Shown piece by piece: positions 1 to 9,846 of a DNA stretch of 64,000 nucleotides (the first letter of the stretch is position 1; each line of letters opens with the position of its first letter). The stretch is taken from positions 1-64,000 of IMG/VR virus record IMGVR_UViG_3300042307_001176; one strand, 5' to 3'. The stretch is from a virus. A model generated the notes under the pieces. That model saw only the letters and a program-made list of their open reading frames with translations. It was not told the DNA's origin and made no database searches. Position numbers and translations under genes: made by a program.

Positions 1-8
1 AATTAAAT

Positions 9-518
9 ATGAAACACGTAAAATTATTTGAACAATTTATGAGTTCAGATTCTTCTGCTACTTATAAGGACGTTACAAGAATGGGAGAATCAGTATTCTT
101 ATTCCATGAAGAAGACTCAATTTGGTATGGTATATTTCCAAATGATGTTGCAGAGGAACTTAGAGATGTTTCCGAATCCTATAAAGAAGTTGCAGTTAAG
201 TTTGGATCGGATGAGAATTTATACGACATTTTGATTGACGGAAGAGAAGGACTTGCTTATATCGAATGGGAGAGTCAAAATGAATGGAGAGCTTGCACCA
301 CAGGAGAAATTAATGTGGATGATTACGAATACATTACTATGCCAGACGGAACGGATGTGGAGACAAAAGGCACACCGAAATATGGAGGTCTTCCTTTATT
401 TGCTTTAGAAAGAGGAATGATCACTCATTATCAAGGAAACAATGGAACAGAATCTATGTCTGTTGACGATTTCTTTGATCATTTAGATGACGAAAGCGAT
501 AATTGGGCTGGTATGTAA
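9..518 (+). CDS. acidic hypothetical protein with N-terminal MKHVKLFEQF tag
   Basis: 169 aa ORF followed by an intrinsic terminator; carries the shared N-terminal tag. Confidence 0.8.
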   Translation: MKHVKLFEQFMSSDSSATYKDVTRMGESVFLFHEEDSIWYGIFPNDVAEELRDVSESYKEVAVKFGSDENLYDILIDGREGLAYIEWESQNEWRACTTGEINVDDYEYITMPDGTDVETKGTPKYGGLPLFALERGMITHYQGNNGTESMSVDDFFDHLDDESDNWAGM

Positions 519-541
519 TCTCAGGATCTAAATAATATATT

Positions 542-566
542 AAGCCAGCTTCTAGCTGGCTTTTTT
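542..566 (+). terminator. intrinsic terminator
   Basis: AAGCCAGC-ttcta-GCTGGCTT hairpin followed by a T-run. Confidence 0.85.
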
Positions 567-610
567 GTGCGACAATAGTTTGCCCTCCGGGCTTTTAGAT
601 TTTTCTACAC

Positions 611-690
611 ACTTTGGAAGTGGCCCAGGGGGCCTTTAGCCTTAGATGGCTTGGAATTCTCTTTGGTTATGTGTGGATATATAAGATATG
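611..690 (+). repeat. ~78 bp imperfect direct repeat, copy 1 (promoter/leader cassette)
   Basis: actttgga..ggcccaggggcc..agatggctt.gaattctctt...tatgtgtg.atatataagatATG; matches 1205-1281. Confidence 0.9.
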
Positions 691-1173
691 ATTTACTTTG
701 TTAATGCTTGGGAGATTACAGATGGATCTGCAGGACCGTATCGCACTTATAGATTATATTCCGGTGATTCTCCTGATGAAATAAAATTTAATTTAGTTAG
801 AGATTTAAAAGACACATGGCTTGATGTTTCTAAGAAGATTGATAATTTTAAGAATCCCACTAATATGGATTTCGGACAGATCGGTGATTTCTTCACCGAT
901 GTTATAGATGGGAAGGATGATTACATAACGGATTGTCACATAGAAATTAGTGCACCTTATACTAATATACAAGAGGCTGCGAGATTTTATGGAAATCATT
1001 TGGATGATGATGAGGAGTTTCCTGATGCTGAATTGGAATTTTACTCTTATGGTGAATTCGCTAAAGAATTGGAGAAAGTGCTTCCTCTACTAAGTGCTTT
1101 AGTTAGGGACTATAATGTCCATATTAGTCCAGATATAGTTACCCGTCTTTTAGCAAGAGGACTGATAAAATGA
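688..1173 (+). CDS. acidic hypothetical protein
   Basis: 161 aa ORF after a GATATATA box; ends LLARGLIK, similar to the next ORF's MIKRGII. Confidence 0.75.
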   Translation: MIYFVNAWEITDGSAGPYRTYRLYSGDSPDEIKFNLVRDLKDTWLDVSKKIDNFKNPTNMDFGQIGDFFTDVIDGKDDYITDCHIEISAPYTNIQEAARFYGNHLDDDEEFPDAELEFYSYGEFAKELEKVLPLLSALVRDYNVHISPDIVTRLLARGLIK

Positions 1174-1204
1174 TCACATTTTTTATTCGAAGAAAATATT
1201 CTTA

Positions 1205-1281
1205 ACTTTGGATATGGCCCAGGGGCCGTGATCTAAGATGGCTTAGAATTCTCTTGAATTATGTGTGATATATAAGATATG
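1205..1281 (+). repeat. ~77 bp imperfect direct repeat, copy 2
   Basis: aligns with 611-690 through to the ATG. Confidence 0.9.
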
Positions 1282-1800
1282 AAAGGATGGATTATAGATT
1301 ACCAGGCCAATGGGGGTCCTGATTACACTTTTAGAAAGATCATGGTTATCATTGATAAGGATGAAGAATCTGCTAAGAAAATATTTATAGAGCATGATGA
1401 GTATCCTAATGGCGAAGATTATTTGTTATGGGGATTTGAGGCGATGGTTACTGAGATAGTTGAAGAGGATCCAGAAGAGTATATGACTGGTGCTGGTTGG
1501 TCAATGAGTGTTAATTCGTATGATTATTATGAACGTGTCTCTTCTAATGAGCCATCGTATAAAGATTTTTATTTCGATACGGAGGATCCTAGTATTAAAG
1601 ATTTATATGATAGTATGGTTGCTATACTTCCTTCTATCAATGATTATATCAAGGATAAAATCGGAATAAGTTCACATTATAAAATTGATGATTTAATAGA
1701 AAGTATTGATTTAGATAATGGTGAATTTGAATTTCTTCTAGTTCCTGGAATTTCTCCTGTGTCTATTTTAAAGACTATGATTAAAAGAGGCATCATTTAG
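1279..1800 (+). CDS. acidic hypothetical protein, probable distant paralog of 688..1173
   Basis: GGPDYTFRK vs AGPYRTYRL, similar C-terminus, duplicated leader. Confidence 0.75.
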   Translation: MKGWIIDYQANGGPDYTFRKIMVIIDKDEESAKKIFIEHDEYPNGEDYLLWGFEAMVTEIVEEDPEEYMTGAGWSMSVNSYDYYERVSSNEPSYKDFYFDTEDPSIKDLYDSMVAILPSINDYIKDKIGISSHYKIDDLIESIDLDNGEFEFLLVPGISPVSILKTMIKRGII

Positions 1801-1901
1801 ATCTATATTGAGGCTGTTAAGGGTTATAGAAAAAATTGTATCATTTGGGTTTATTTTTATTTACTAGGAATATTCTTAATCTTGGATATATAATATAGCA
1901 T

Positions 1902-2441
1902 ATGAAACACATTAGAATATTTGAATCATTTAATCTTAGCGAAGCAGGTACTGGATACAATTCGTGGAAGGCGTATGGAGATATTAATGATCTAGCTGAT
2001 ACACTTAATAAAAAAATAACCTTCGAAAGAAATATTAGAGCTACTTTTAAAGGAATTCCAGGAATGGAGAAGATTATGGCTAAAGCTAGAATGATAATGC
2101 CTGTTATTGTAAAGAATGCTTGGGACTTCCATAAATTTATGGAGGTATTTGATATATTAGGTAATCCTCCTATGGGCGTATTTGATTTATCTACATCTTC
2201 TGATTTAAGTTCATTAGAATCTCTTAATGATGCTGCTGAAGGATTCTATGTGTTACGCAATAGTACTATGGTGGATACGAATATTTTAAATAGGATTGGA
2301 CAAAAATCGCCTGAAGCTGTTTTTATTAAGATTGAAGAACGTAAATTATCATCTAGTGAAACTGATGAAGCTGTAAGATATGCTCAAGCAGGTAACTATG
2401 TGATGCTACAAGAAGACCCGGATTTCTTTATATTATTATAG
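1902..2441 (+). CDS. hypothetical protein with N-terminal tag (MKHIRIFESFNLSE)
   Basis: 179 aa ORF; GATATATA at 1885. Confidence 0.8.
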   Translation: MKHIRIFESFNLSEAGTGYNSWKAYGDINDLADTLNKKITFERNIRATFKGIPGMEKIMAKARMIMPVIVKNAWDFHKFMEVFDILGNPPMGVFDLSTSSDLSSLESLNDAAEGFYVLRNSTMVDTNILNRIGQKSPEAVFIKIEERKLSSSETDEAVRYAQAGNYVMLQEDPDFFILL

Positions 2442-2996
2442 GCTTTTTAACCTATCTAAAGGAAATCTCTCAATAGAATATTTAGTTACAATAGCACTAG
2501 AATCCCTTAGGCTTTGCATCAAGTTATTGTATACGTCTGAGATGTCTACGGTTTTTGTAATGATCATTCCTGCTTCTTGAGCTTTCTTCGCTATGAAGTT
2601 GGCATATATCTTAGATCTTCTTTCGTCTCCTTGAGATTCAGATTTAGCTACCACTATAATAGATGCTAGGTCTCCTCCTTTGCTTCTTTCTTTAGCCCAT
2701 TCCTTTACTGCCCACCACACACTTCCCATAACATCCTGCATGTTGTTTCTTCCTGTGAGTGAGTCTGAGTATTCTGTGTCTGTGATTTTTGATTTAGATG
2801 CAAAATGTATTTCCAGAGTGGCTGTGTTGTCTTCCCACCTTCTCACCATGATGAACACTTTGTATATAGCTCCGTCTATTTCAAATTCGTATGTGATATC
2901 TTCATCTCTTGCTGGGATTCTATTTATGACATTGATGTCTGGGATTGTGTCCCACATCTCATTAATGAATTTGGAGTATTGAAAAATATTTTTCAT
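2436..2996 (-). CDS. hypothetical protein with N-terminal tag (MKNIFQYSKFINE); start moved to 2996
   Basis: the internal Met gives the tag and lies just downstream of a minus-strand GATATATA at 3002-3009. Confidence 0.75.
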   Translation of the reverse strand: MKNIFQYSKFINEMWDTIPDINVINRIPARDEDITYEFEIDGAIYKVFIMVRRWEDNTATLEIHFASKSKITDTEYSDSLTGRNNMQDVMGSVWWAVKEWAKERSKGGDLASIIVVAKSESQGDERRSKIYANFIAKKAQEAGMIITKTVDISDVYNNLMQSLRDSSAIVTKYSIERFPLDRLKSL

Positions 2997-3001
2997 TCTA
3001 T

Positions 3002-3024
3002 TATATATCTTTTTTTGATATATA
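3002..3024. promoter_or_regulatory. back-to-back divergent GATATATA boxes (putative late promoters)
   Basis: TATATATC 3002-3009 and GATATATA 3017-3024, each 4-5 nt from a start codon on its own strand. Confidence 0.75.
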
Positions 3025-3028
3025 GCAT

Positions 3029-3469
3029 ATGATATTAGCATACGATAAATTTATACTCGAAAAAAAAGGACCTTGCTGGGCTGGCTACAAGCAAATTGGA
3101 ACCAAAGATAAAGACGGTAGACCTGTACCTAACTGTGTGAAAGAAAATTCCGGGGTAAACGAGGAAAAAGAGACCATTCAAGAATTTGCAGAAAATAGAT
3201 TAGCAGGTGCAACAAAAATATCTAAGGCTGCAAAAGAAAAAGGTGGCGATGCTTTATTAACATATCATCATTTTCATGTTAAACTTCCTTATTACCAAAA
3301 AAGTGTAGATGGCGAATTAGATATGGAGTCTCTTAAATCTGAGTATGACGATTTACTTACAGATCTTTATGAAGCCACTAGAAACTCTATGAATATATCT
3401 CAGGTGAAATTTCAAGAGCTTGTAGGTAAAATAGAGGTTGTAGGAGAGTTACTAATTGAAAATAAATAA
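3029..3469 (+). CDS. hypothetical protein with tag and CWxGY..GxxVPNCV module
   Basis: MILAYDKFILE followed by PCWAGYKQIGTKDKDGRPVPNCVKE. Confidence 0.75.
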   Translation: MILAYDKFILEKKGPCWAGYKQIGTKDKDGRPVPNCVKENSGVNEEKETIQEFAENRLAGATKISKAAKEKGGDALLTYHHFHVKLPYYQKSVDGELDMESLKSEYDDLLTDLYEATRNSMNISQVKFQELVGKIEVVGELLIENK

Positions 3470-3488
3470 ATAAAATTCTCGTAAAATC

Positions 3489-3512
3489 AAAAAGACCTTA
3501 GGGTCTTTTTTT
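3489..3512 (+). terminator. intrinsic terminator
   Basis: AAAAAGACC-ttag-GGTCTTTTT followed by T. Confidence 0.8.
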
Positions 3513-3540
3513 GTGTGATAATAATTAGATATATAGTAGT

Positions 3541-4788
3541 ATGAAACATCTTAAGTCATTTGCACTTTTTGAAAGTAAGACGCACAGTTTAGAGCTTCCT
3601 ACGAATGAGAATGAGTTAGCTAAATTAAAACAAATGCCATCCTTTAGAAATTTACAATCTCTAATACCCAGAATGGTAATCGACCTTAATATAATTAGAG
3701 GAGGTTCTATTAGAATAGATGGACCTTCGTATGATTTTAAGATCACTAAGAATGGTGTTTTTTATTATGGTGCTTATCAAGTGGGACCACAGAATGCTAA
3801 ATTGGATACATGGGATAAAGTTTTTGATTATGTGTACATTTATTATTTGGCTAATGCTTTATCAAGAGGAGTAAAATCTTCTGAATTTGAAGATTTTGTT
3901 TTTGGCGGAATTATTGGTAGTAACACATATAATAAGATAAAGGGCAACAAATTTTATCAAAATGTATTAGAACTTAGTAGAAAATATAATGGGGATTTAG
4001 CAGATCAAGCTGTTACTAAAGCGATGGCGGAATCAGATAAATATATTAGTGATCCCATGAAGGTTTTAGAGACTCCTTCATATAAGTTTTTCGATTCTAT
4101 TTTAGATTTCTCTCCTAGTATTTCTGATAATGATCCTTACGAATTAGTGGTCACATTAAAAAACGTAACACCGCTAGGAGTTTTTAATAAAGGCGAAGGA
4201 CTATTTCTTAATAGTAAAATAGATATCACATTAGAAGGATCTCCTGAGGTTGGAACTTTTAAAACGAAGGTTAAAACATTCAAAGGTTTAGATAAAGCAT
4301 TTCTAAATAAAATTAAAGAATTCTCTAAACAGACTATCGCAACATGGAGAATGGATGAGATTTCTGTAATAAAATCTAATACCGCTATTCAGATATTAAA
4401 AGATATTATAGCAGCATATGAATCCGGTGATTCCTACACCCCCGATCCTTTAGATATGGTCAAGGCGAAAATTTTAGAAGTGTTAAATAATTGGGATTAT
4501 AATAAGATAGAAGAATTCTTTAAAACTGTTTCTGAATTATTAGGTGATAAAGATCTAAGAGTGATTGTTGAGGAATATGCTAATAGTGAATCTGGTAAAT
4601 CTAAGATGCGTAAGATGTTATTAGATTTAAAAAATAATAATGTATTAGATTATGCTAAAGTGGGTAAAGAATGGGGTAACAATCCAATTTTTGCTGATGT
4701 ATTTAGCGATATAATGAGAGACGATGCTAGTATGATAAAAGGAGGATCTATGATGAGAAGATTTGGATTCGGAGATGATAAGAATTAA
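3541..4788 (+). CDS. hypothetical protein with N-tag and C-terminal KGGSMMRRFG
   Basis: 415 aa; GATATATA at 3528. Confidence 0.8.
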   Translation: MKHLKSFALFESKTHSLELPTNENELAKLKQMPSFRNLQSLIPRMVIDLNIIRGGSIRIDGPSYDFKITKNGVFYYGAYQVGPQNAKLDTWDKVFDYVYIYYLANALSRGVKSSEFEDFVFGGIIGSNTYNKIKGNKFYQNVLELSRKYNGDLADQAVTKAMAESDKYISDPMKVLETPSYKFFDSILDFSPSISDNDPYELVVTLKNVTPLGVFNKGEGLFLNSKIDITLEGSPEVGTFKTKVKTFKGLDKAFLNKIKEFSKQTIATWRMDEISVIKSNTAIQILKDIIAAYESGDSYTPDPLDMVKAKILEVLNNWDYNKIEEFFKTVSELLGDKDLRVIVEEYANSESGKSKMRKMLLDLKNNNVLDYAKVGKEWGNNPIFADVFSDIMRDDASMIKGGSMMRRFGFGDDKN

Positions 4789-4800
4789 ATTGGATAAATT

Positions 4801-5523
4801 ATGAAACATATAAAACTATTTGAAGCTTTTTTAGCTAAGAAAAATCCGGTCTATAAAAAACCAGAGTATGAGTTTAAAGAATTCTACCGAGTTTTTAAGA
4901 ATTATCCGGAGTTAAAGGCTCTTCTTCCTTCTGATATTGATCAGAAGATATTTGACATCAAAGCAGACGGATTTAATGGCGAGCCTAAATGGTTAGAAAA
5001 ACACGTAGATCCACCTAGTAAGTCTGACGAGATCACAACTGAAGCACTTTTAATACTAGCGGAGCAGAATGACCCAAGGTTTATTCCCCTTATTATTTGG
5101 TGTCGTGAATTGTTTGAACAAGGGGAGATGGAAAAGATGCCTTTAGATTATATACGTCCAAGATTAAGTTCTAATTTTAAGAATCACGATTGGGATGCTT
5201 TAGAAAAAAATCCAGATTTTTTAGATGAATGTGAGAGAGAATACAATAAAGCAATCGCTGCAGGATTAGATGATGCGACTATTAGTAACACATTAGGTCT
5301 TGTACAGAAGTATCCTGATATCACTATAAACATGGCTCAATTCTGGATTTACATAAAAGGATCAATAGCTCATTTTAATCGTGTCGAAGCCAGCGGAGGA
5401 GAATTACCTTGTACTCAGTTTATACTATATAGAGGTAACTATTACACTGTGGGTGGTAGAAGAAGAATGTTCTGGCATTTCTATAATCATGTTGATCCTA
5501 CTGTTTGGGTAATAGGTATATAA
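4801..5523 (+). CDS. tagged hypothetical protein, possible ParB/Srx-like C-terminus
   Basis: MKHIKLFEAF; YYTVGGRRRM weakly resembles the ParB-N GxxR motif. Confidence 0.6.
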   Translation: MKHIKLFEAFLAKKNPVYKKPEYEFKEFYRVFKNYPELKALLPSDIDQKIFDIKADGFNGEPKWLEKHVDPPSKSDEITTEALLILAEQNDPRFIPLIIWCRELFEQGEMEKMPLDYIRPRLSSNFKNHDWDALEKNPDFLDECEREYNKAIAAGLDDATISNTLGLVQKYPDITINMAQFWIYIKGSIAHFNRVEASGGELPCTQFILYRGNYYTVGGRRRMFWHFYNHVDPTVWVIGI

Positions 5524-5541
5524 TAATATAAAGAAATAAAT

Positions 5542-5949
5542 ATGAGAACCTTAAAAATTGGTCATATTGAATTAATCCCAATTGAGCCAAATAAGAGTTA
5601 CTTTCATTGTTATAGTGATCTTAAAGATTATTTAAGTGAATTGGGTTCCGAATATAAATTCACTTTAGTAGATGTTAGCTCGTATATAGTAGATGAATTT
5701 AGTAAATTAAAAATTTATCGAAATTTTAGTGATCTATACCAAGTTAGTGTCGTGACCCAAATTGATGTTGTTACAGATGATGGGAATTTGGTTATGATAG
5801 ATGACGAGGATGAAATAGAGAACTTTCATAAAGGAAAGGAATGTTATGGATTTGATGAAGATGGTGAAGAATCTGATGTTCATATGGACAGTTGTCAATC
5901 ATTTGAAGATACTGGATATTATTACTGTTTTATATATAGAAAAATATGA
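5542..5949 (+). CDS. hypothetical protein, paralog of 5946..6356
   Basis: MRTLKIGHIELIPI vs MSTLKLGHIELIPI; shared IDD..E.E.F and GY/FDxDG. Confidence 0.8.
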   Translation: MRTLKIGHIELIPIEPNKSYFHCYSDLKDYLSELGSEYKFTLVDVSSYIVDEFSKLKIYRNFSDLYQVSVVTQIDVVTDDGNLVMIDDEDEIENFHKGKECYGFDEDGEESDVHMDSCQSFEDTGYYYCFIYRKI

Positions 5950-6356
5950 GTACATTAAAACTTGGCCATATAGAATTGATTCCTATACATAGAGATTTCT
6001 CTAGCTATAAAGAATTCTTGGATTGGGGTGATTCACTGAGCGATGGTTTGAAAAGAGCTAATTACAAACAATCAAAATATATAATCAGCTTAAAGAAATT
6101 AGGTGTTTTTGATCATATCAAGAATAATTACTCAGTGACACTCACTAGTGAAATAGTATTACAAGTTGATAGTGATTTCGGATATGGATCAAGTGTATTA
6201 ATCGATGATCCTATAGAGGTTGAAAAATTTCTTAATTCAGAAGATGCAGTAGGGTATGATGGAGATGGTGGTGAGATTGACTTGAACAGGGATCAGGCTA
6301 AAATTATAGATTGGTCAGAGGAATCGAGTATATCATTTATTATAAGGACAATATAA
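5946..6356 (+). CDS. hypothetical protein, paralog of 5542..5949
   Basis: ATGA overlap; shared motifs. Confidence 0.8.
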   Translation: MSTLKLGHIELIPIHRDFSSYKEFLDWGDSLSDGLKRANYKQSKYIISLKKLGVFDHIKNNYSVTLTSEIVLQVDSDFGYGSSVLIDDPIEVEKFLNSEDAVGYDGDGGEIDLNRDQAKIIDWSEESSISFIIRTI

Positions 6357-6473
6357 ATCAATTTAATTCAGTTTCACGTTAAAATAAGATTACTTTTTAC
6401 TAATTCGTATCTTCTCTTAATTTTTTAGGAATATATAAATAAATGGGGGATTTCCTAAAAAATAAATAATCGA

Positions 6474-7199
6474 ATGATTAAATTATCGGATCAATTAACT
6501 ATCGTTATTCCTTGTAAAAACGAAAAGAATACCATTCTAAAAACCTTAGACCTTTTAAATTATCAATCAGGTATTAATGGTGTTAAAGTTATTGTTTGTG
6601 ACGCTTCTAATGACGGTGTAACAAAGCAAGATTTAATCGAAAGATTAGAGTATGGACGCACGACAGATATGTTTGATCTTCATTTAATGGACGGGGGACT
6701 TCCCGCAAAGGCAAGAAACAACGGATTTAAACTAGTTACAACACCATATGTTCTATTCATGGATGCAGATGTATTTCTGTTAGATCCCAAAGTGATTATC
6801 AGATCTATTATAAAAATAAACAAATACGTATTAGATTTAGTCACCACTAAATTTAGATCTGACAATGGTAAATATAATTATGTCTATAAGACATTCGATT
6901 TAATACAAATGGCATCTAAATGGACCACTCCTTTTTGTCTTGGTGGTTATATGTTAGTGAGATCAAATACTTTCAAAGAAATTGGAGGATTTGACGAGGA
7001 TATAAAAGTTGCAGAGGATTATATTTTTTCCAAACAAATAACACCAAAAAAATTCGGAAGAATAAACAATATTGTGTACACTCCTCCTAGAAGATTCGAA
7101 TCCAAAGGAATATGGTATATGCTAAAGTTGATGCTGGGATCTTTCTTTAACAGCAACAATAAGAAGTTTTTTGAAAGTGATAAAGGGTATTGGAAATGA
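6474..7199 (+). CDS. glycosyltransferase family 2
   Basis: TIVIPCKNE, ARNNG, LFMDAD (DxD), GGFDE..AEDY. Confidence 0.9.
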   Translation: MIKLSDQLTIVIPCKNEKNTILKTLDLLNYQSGINGVKVIVCDASNDGVTKQDLIERLEYGRTTDMFDLHLMDGGLPAKARNNGFKLVTTPYVLFMDADVFLLDPKVIIRSIIKINKYVLDLVTTKFRSDNGKYNYVYKTFDLIQMASKWTTPFCLGGYMLVRSNTFKEIGGFDEDIKVAEDYIFSKQITPKKFGRINNIVYTPPRRFESKGIWYMLKLMLGSFFNSNNKKFFESDKGYWK

Positions 7200-7909
7200 A
7201 AAAGTGGAGAACTATAATAATGAGCGACTTGCATCTAGGAGCAAGACAATCACAGACTGATAAGATTATAAAATTTCTAGAAGAGAATGAATCAGAGACT
7301 CTAATACTTAATGGAGACATTATAGATGGATGGGCATTGAAAGGAAGCAATAAATGGAAACCTGAATGCACAAAGGTGTTCAGAAAGTTTATGAAAAGAT
7401 CTGAGAAAGACACTAAGGTGATTTACATCAGAGGTAACCATGATGATTTTCTAAAACCATTTATTCCATTCACTTTAAATAATATAGAGATTGTTAGAAA
7501 GTACACACACATAGGAGCAGACGGTAGAAGTTATTATTGCTTTCATGGAGATGTTCTAGATTTTGTTATTATGAAAGTGAGATGGCTAGCAGTTGTTGGT
7601 GGATGGTCTTATGATTTCGTAATCAGATTAAACACTTTATACAACTTCATAAGAAAAAAATTTAATCTCCCTTACTATTCATTGGCAAAGACAATTAAAC
7701 AGTCAGTAAAGGGTGCAATTAACTTCATAGACGACTTTGAAAAAAATGCTAAGGGATTAACAAGGGAGAAAGGGTATGATGTTGCAGTATGTGGACATAT
7801 ACACCAACCAAAACTAGAGTCTGATTATATGAATAGCGGAGATTTCTGTGAGAATACCACATGTCTTGTGGAAGACTTCGAAGGTAAATGGTACATTATA
7901 GAAACATAG
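7196..7909 (+). CDS. metallophosphoesterase, UDP-2,3-diacylglucosamine hydrolase (LpxH/YbbF)-like
   Basis: SDLHLG, GDIIDGW, GNHD, HGD, CGHIH, NSGD; likely start at the ATGA overlap (7196). Confidence 0.85.
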   Translation: MKKWRTIIMSDLHLGARQSQTDKIIKFLEENESETLILNGDIIDGWALKGSNKWKPECTKVFRKFMKRSEKDTKVIYIRGNHDDFLKPFIPFTLNNIEIVRKYTHIGADGRSYYCFHGDVLDFVIMKVRWLAVVGGWSYDFVIRLNTLYNFIRKKFNLPYYSLAKTIKQSVKGAINFIDDFEKNAKGLTREKGYDVAVCGHIHQPKLESDYMNSGDFCENTTCLVEDFEGKWYIIET

Positions 7910-7952
7910 AATATCTTAAATCTAATATATAATTCATAGAGATATATAGTAT

Positions 7953-8591
7953 ATGAAGCATATTAAATCAATAGACCAATTTATTAATGAACAATTATTT
8001 CCGGATGCTAACATACTTGCTAAAGCATTAGGCTTCGGAGATAAATCAGAGGAGACCTCGACTTCTACTCCTAGCGGTCCTGTATCTCCTACAAGAAATG
8101 ATGAGTCTTCTTGTCCAAATAATGACTGTTGGACTCATTTTGGAAAGGAAGCATTTTGGAATGGGGTAAGTAAAGTTAACGATAAAACAGTTCCTAAGAT
8201 TGCTATAAATAAAACTCCTACCGCTTTTAATATTATTTATGATGGCCCACAATCCGGATTTCTTCTTAAACATGCTAAAGGAGGTAAAGGAGATACCATA
8301 CATCAGCTTCTGAATGTGCTAACTTTAGAATTAAATGAATACCTTAAAACTATTAGTGCCAAGCCAGATATTAAAAATATTAAAATGGAATTAGGAGGAA
8401 ATAAGTTAGTTGTGTCTGTTCCTTTAACAAAGATCCAAGATGGCAAACATTATGAGATAGCAAGAAGAGGAGGATTAGGTCATTCTGGCGATTATAGCGG
8501 ACTTGAAAAATATGAAGGTAAAGAAGGCTATGAAGAGGTTATACATAAATCTGGAAATCTCACCGAAAAATTCGTAACTGCAATAGCATAA
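7953..8591 (+). CDS. tagged hypothetical protein (MKHIKSIDQFINEQLF)
   Basis: GATATATA at 7941; S/T/P linker follows the tag. Confidence 0.8.
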   Translation: MKHIKSIDQFINEQLFPDANILAKALGFGDKSEETSTSTPSGPVSPTRNDESSCPNNDCWTHFGKEAFWNGVSKVNDKTVPKIAINKTPTAFNIIYDGPQSGFLLKHAKGGKGDTIHQLLNVLTLELNEYLKTISAKPDIKNIKMELGGNKLVVSVPLTKIQDGKHYEIARRGGLGHSGDYSGLEKYEGKEGYEEVIHKSGNLTEKFVTAIA

Positions 8592-8594
8592 TAT

Positions 8595-9071
8595 ATGAGA
8601 AATATTTCTAAATACGAAGACTTTGTAAATGAATCTGGAATTTATGCTCATCCCACAGGTGAAGCCACAGATTGGGTTCAGCTACATAAGCCAGATACTG
8701 CATATAAATTTTGTGTGGTTAAGAAGACAATGAGAAAACATGGTGAGGATTATGCTACACATTCTGCTCTTAGAATCAAAGGACCTAATGGTGTTAAAGA
8801 TTATAAGATCACTTCTAAATCTCCAATTTATCAAGGTGGAGTGACTCTTTCTGATTTTTGGAAAAGCACTAGAGGAGATTTCTATGTTATCAGAGACAAT
8901 GAAGGTGAAAGGAGAAAGATTGAAGCAGCGGATATGAAAAAGATTATTCAAATTTATAATTCAGAAGACAAACAAATCCCTGTACCCACATATGATAATT
9001 CTTCTGATGCTAAGTCAAAGATTGTAGATCTTATATTTAATATAACACCTGATTGGAAGAATATCAAATAA
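8595..9071 (+). CDS. tagged hypothetical protein (MRNISKYEDFVNE)
   Basis: 158 aa ORF, 3 nt after the previous stop. Confidence 0.75.
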   Translation: MRNISKYEDFVNESGIYAHPTGEATDWVQLHKPDTAYKFCVVKKTMRKHGEDYATHSALRIKGPNGVKDYKITSKSPIYQGGVTLSDFWKSTRGDFYVIRDNEGERRKIEAADMKKIIQIYNSEDKQIPVPTYDNSSDAKSKIVDLIFNITPDWKNIK

Positions 9072-9079
9072 TATAGATT

Positions 9080-9169
9080 ATGAAAGAAAATAAGAGAGAA
9101 ATACACCCGATTATTTATGTGATTATTTGGTTTTCATTTATTGGATTACTCGGATACTTTTTCGGTTAA
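9080..9169 (+). CDS. 29 aa single-TM micro-protein
   Basis: MKENKREIHPIIYVIIWFSFIGLLGYFFG; fills the gap exactly, stop overlaps the convergent gene's stop. Confidence 0.55.
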   Translation: MKENKREIHPIIYVIIWFSFIGLLGYFFG

Positions 9170-9609
9170 ATCGTTTTATCTATTTCTAGTAGCATCTTTT
9201 GATATTCGCAAGATAATAATGCCGATCCTTTTATCAAAAAATCCATATACTCTTTTACTGGAAGTAGTCCTTCCATTATATGTTCAGGCTGTGCTATATA
9301 AGTTATACACTTAATTGCTTCTCTGTCAGTTTCTATCTCTAAGATCTCTCTTCTATAATGTTTTGGTGCCCCTTCAAATTTATCAAGTAGTTTGAGATCG
9401 CTTTCTTTTATCGTAAAAACTAATCCTTCTACGATATCTCCTTCTGACTGTTCTATATTGGCAAAGCTCCAATCTCCTGCAGATGCTTTCTTATTAAATT
9501 TTAATTTCCAATTTTTTAGAGTGCCTTTGTGCCTCGTTTCTGGATTTACACCTCTATTAGATAGTCTTGTCATATCCATATTAGATCCGTATGCAAAATA
9601 TTTAATCAT
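9166..9609 (-). CDS. gamma-glutamylcyclotransferase family protein
   Basis: YFAYGSNM, VEGLVF, LDKFEG..Y motifs. Confidence 0.9.
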   Translation of the reverse strand: MIKYFAYGSNMDMTRLSNRGVNPETRHKGTLKNWKLKFNKKASAGDWSFANIEQSEGDIVEGLVFTIKESDLKLLDKFEGAPKHYRREILEIETDREAIKCITYIAQPEHIMEGLLPVKEYMDFLIKGSALLSCEYQKMLLEIDKTI

Positions 9610-9621
9610 AAGTTATATATG

Positions 9622-9658
9622 AATCATTTTTTTCTTTTTGGATTAATCTATACTTTTA
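9622..9658 (+). promoter_or_regulatory. class E promoter AATCATTTTTTT-N17-TACTTTTA
   Basis: one of 9 copies with a 29 nt offset between boxes. Confidence 0.75.
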
Positions 9659-9672
9659 CCAAAATTAATAAT

Positions 9673-9819
9673 ATGGAAATAGGAAAAATGACAATCAGTG
9701 AAGCATTACCACATTTAAAATGCGTAGCTTTTGCTTATGGACTTAGACTTAATAGGGCTAAAGATTTTAAATTAGCCAGGATAATATTAGCTAATCTTTA
9801 TAGCAGAGAATTAGTATAA
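9673..9819 (+). CDS. small hypothetical protein (start moved downstream of the promoter)
   Basis: MEIGKMTISEALPHLK... Confidence 0.6.
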   Translation: MEIGKMTISEALPHLKCVAFAYGLRLNRAKDFKLARIILANLYSRELV

Positions 9820-9846
9820 AGTATAATTAACCAAATAAACAAAAAA

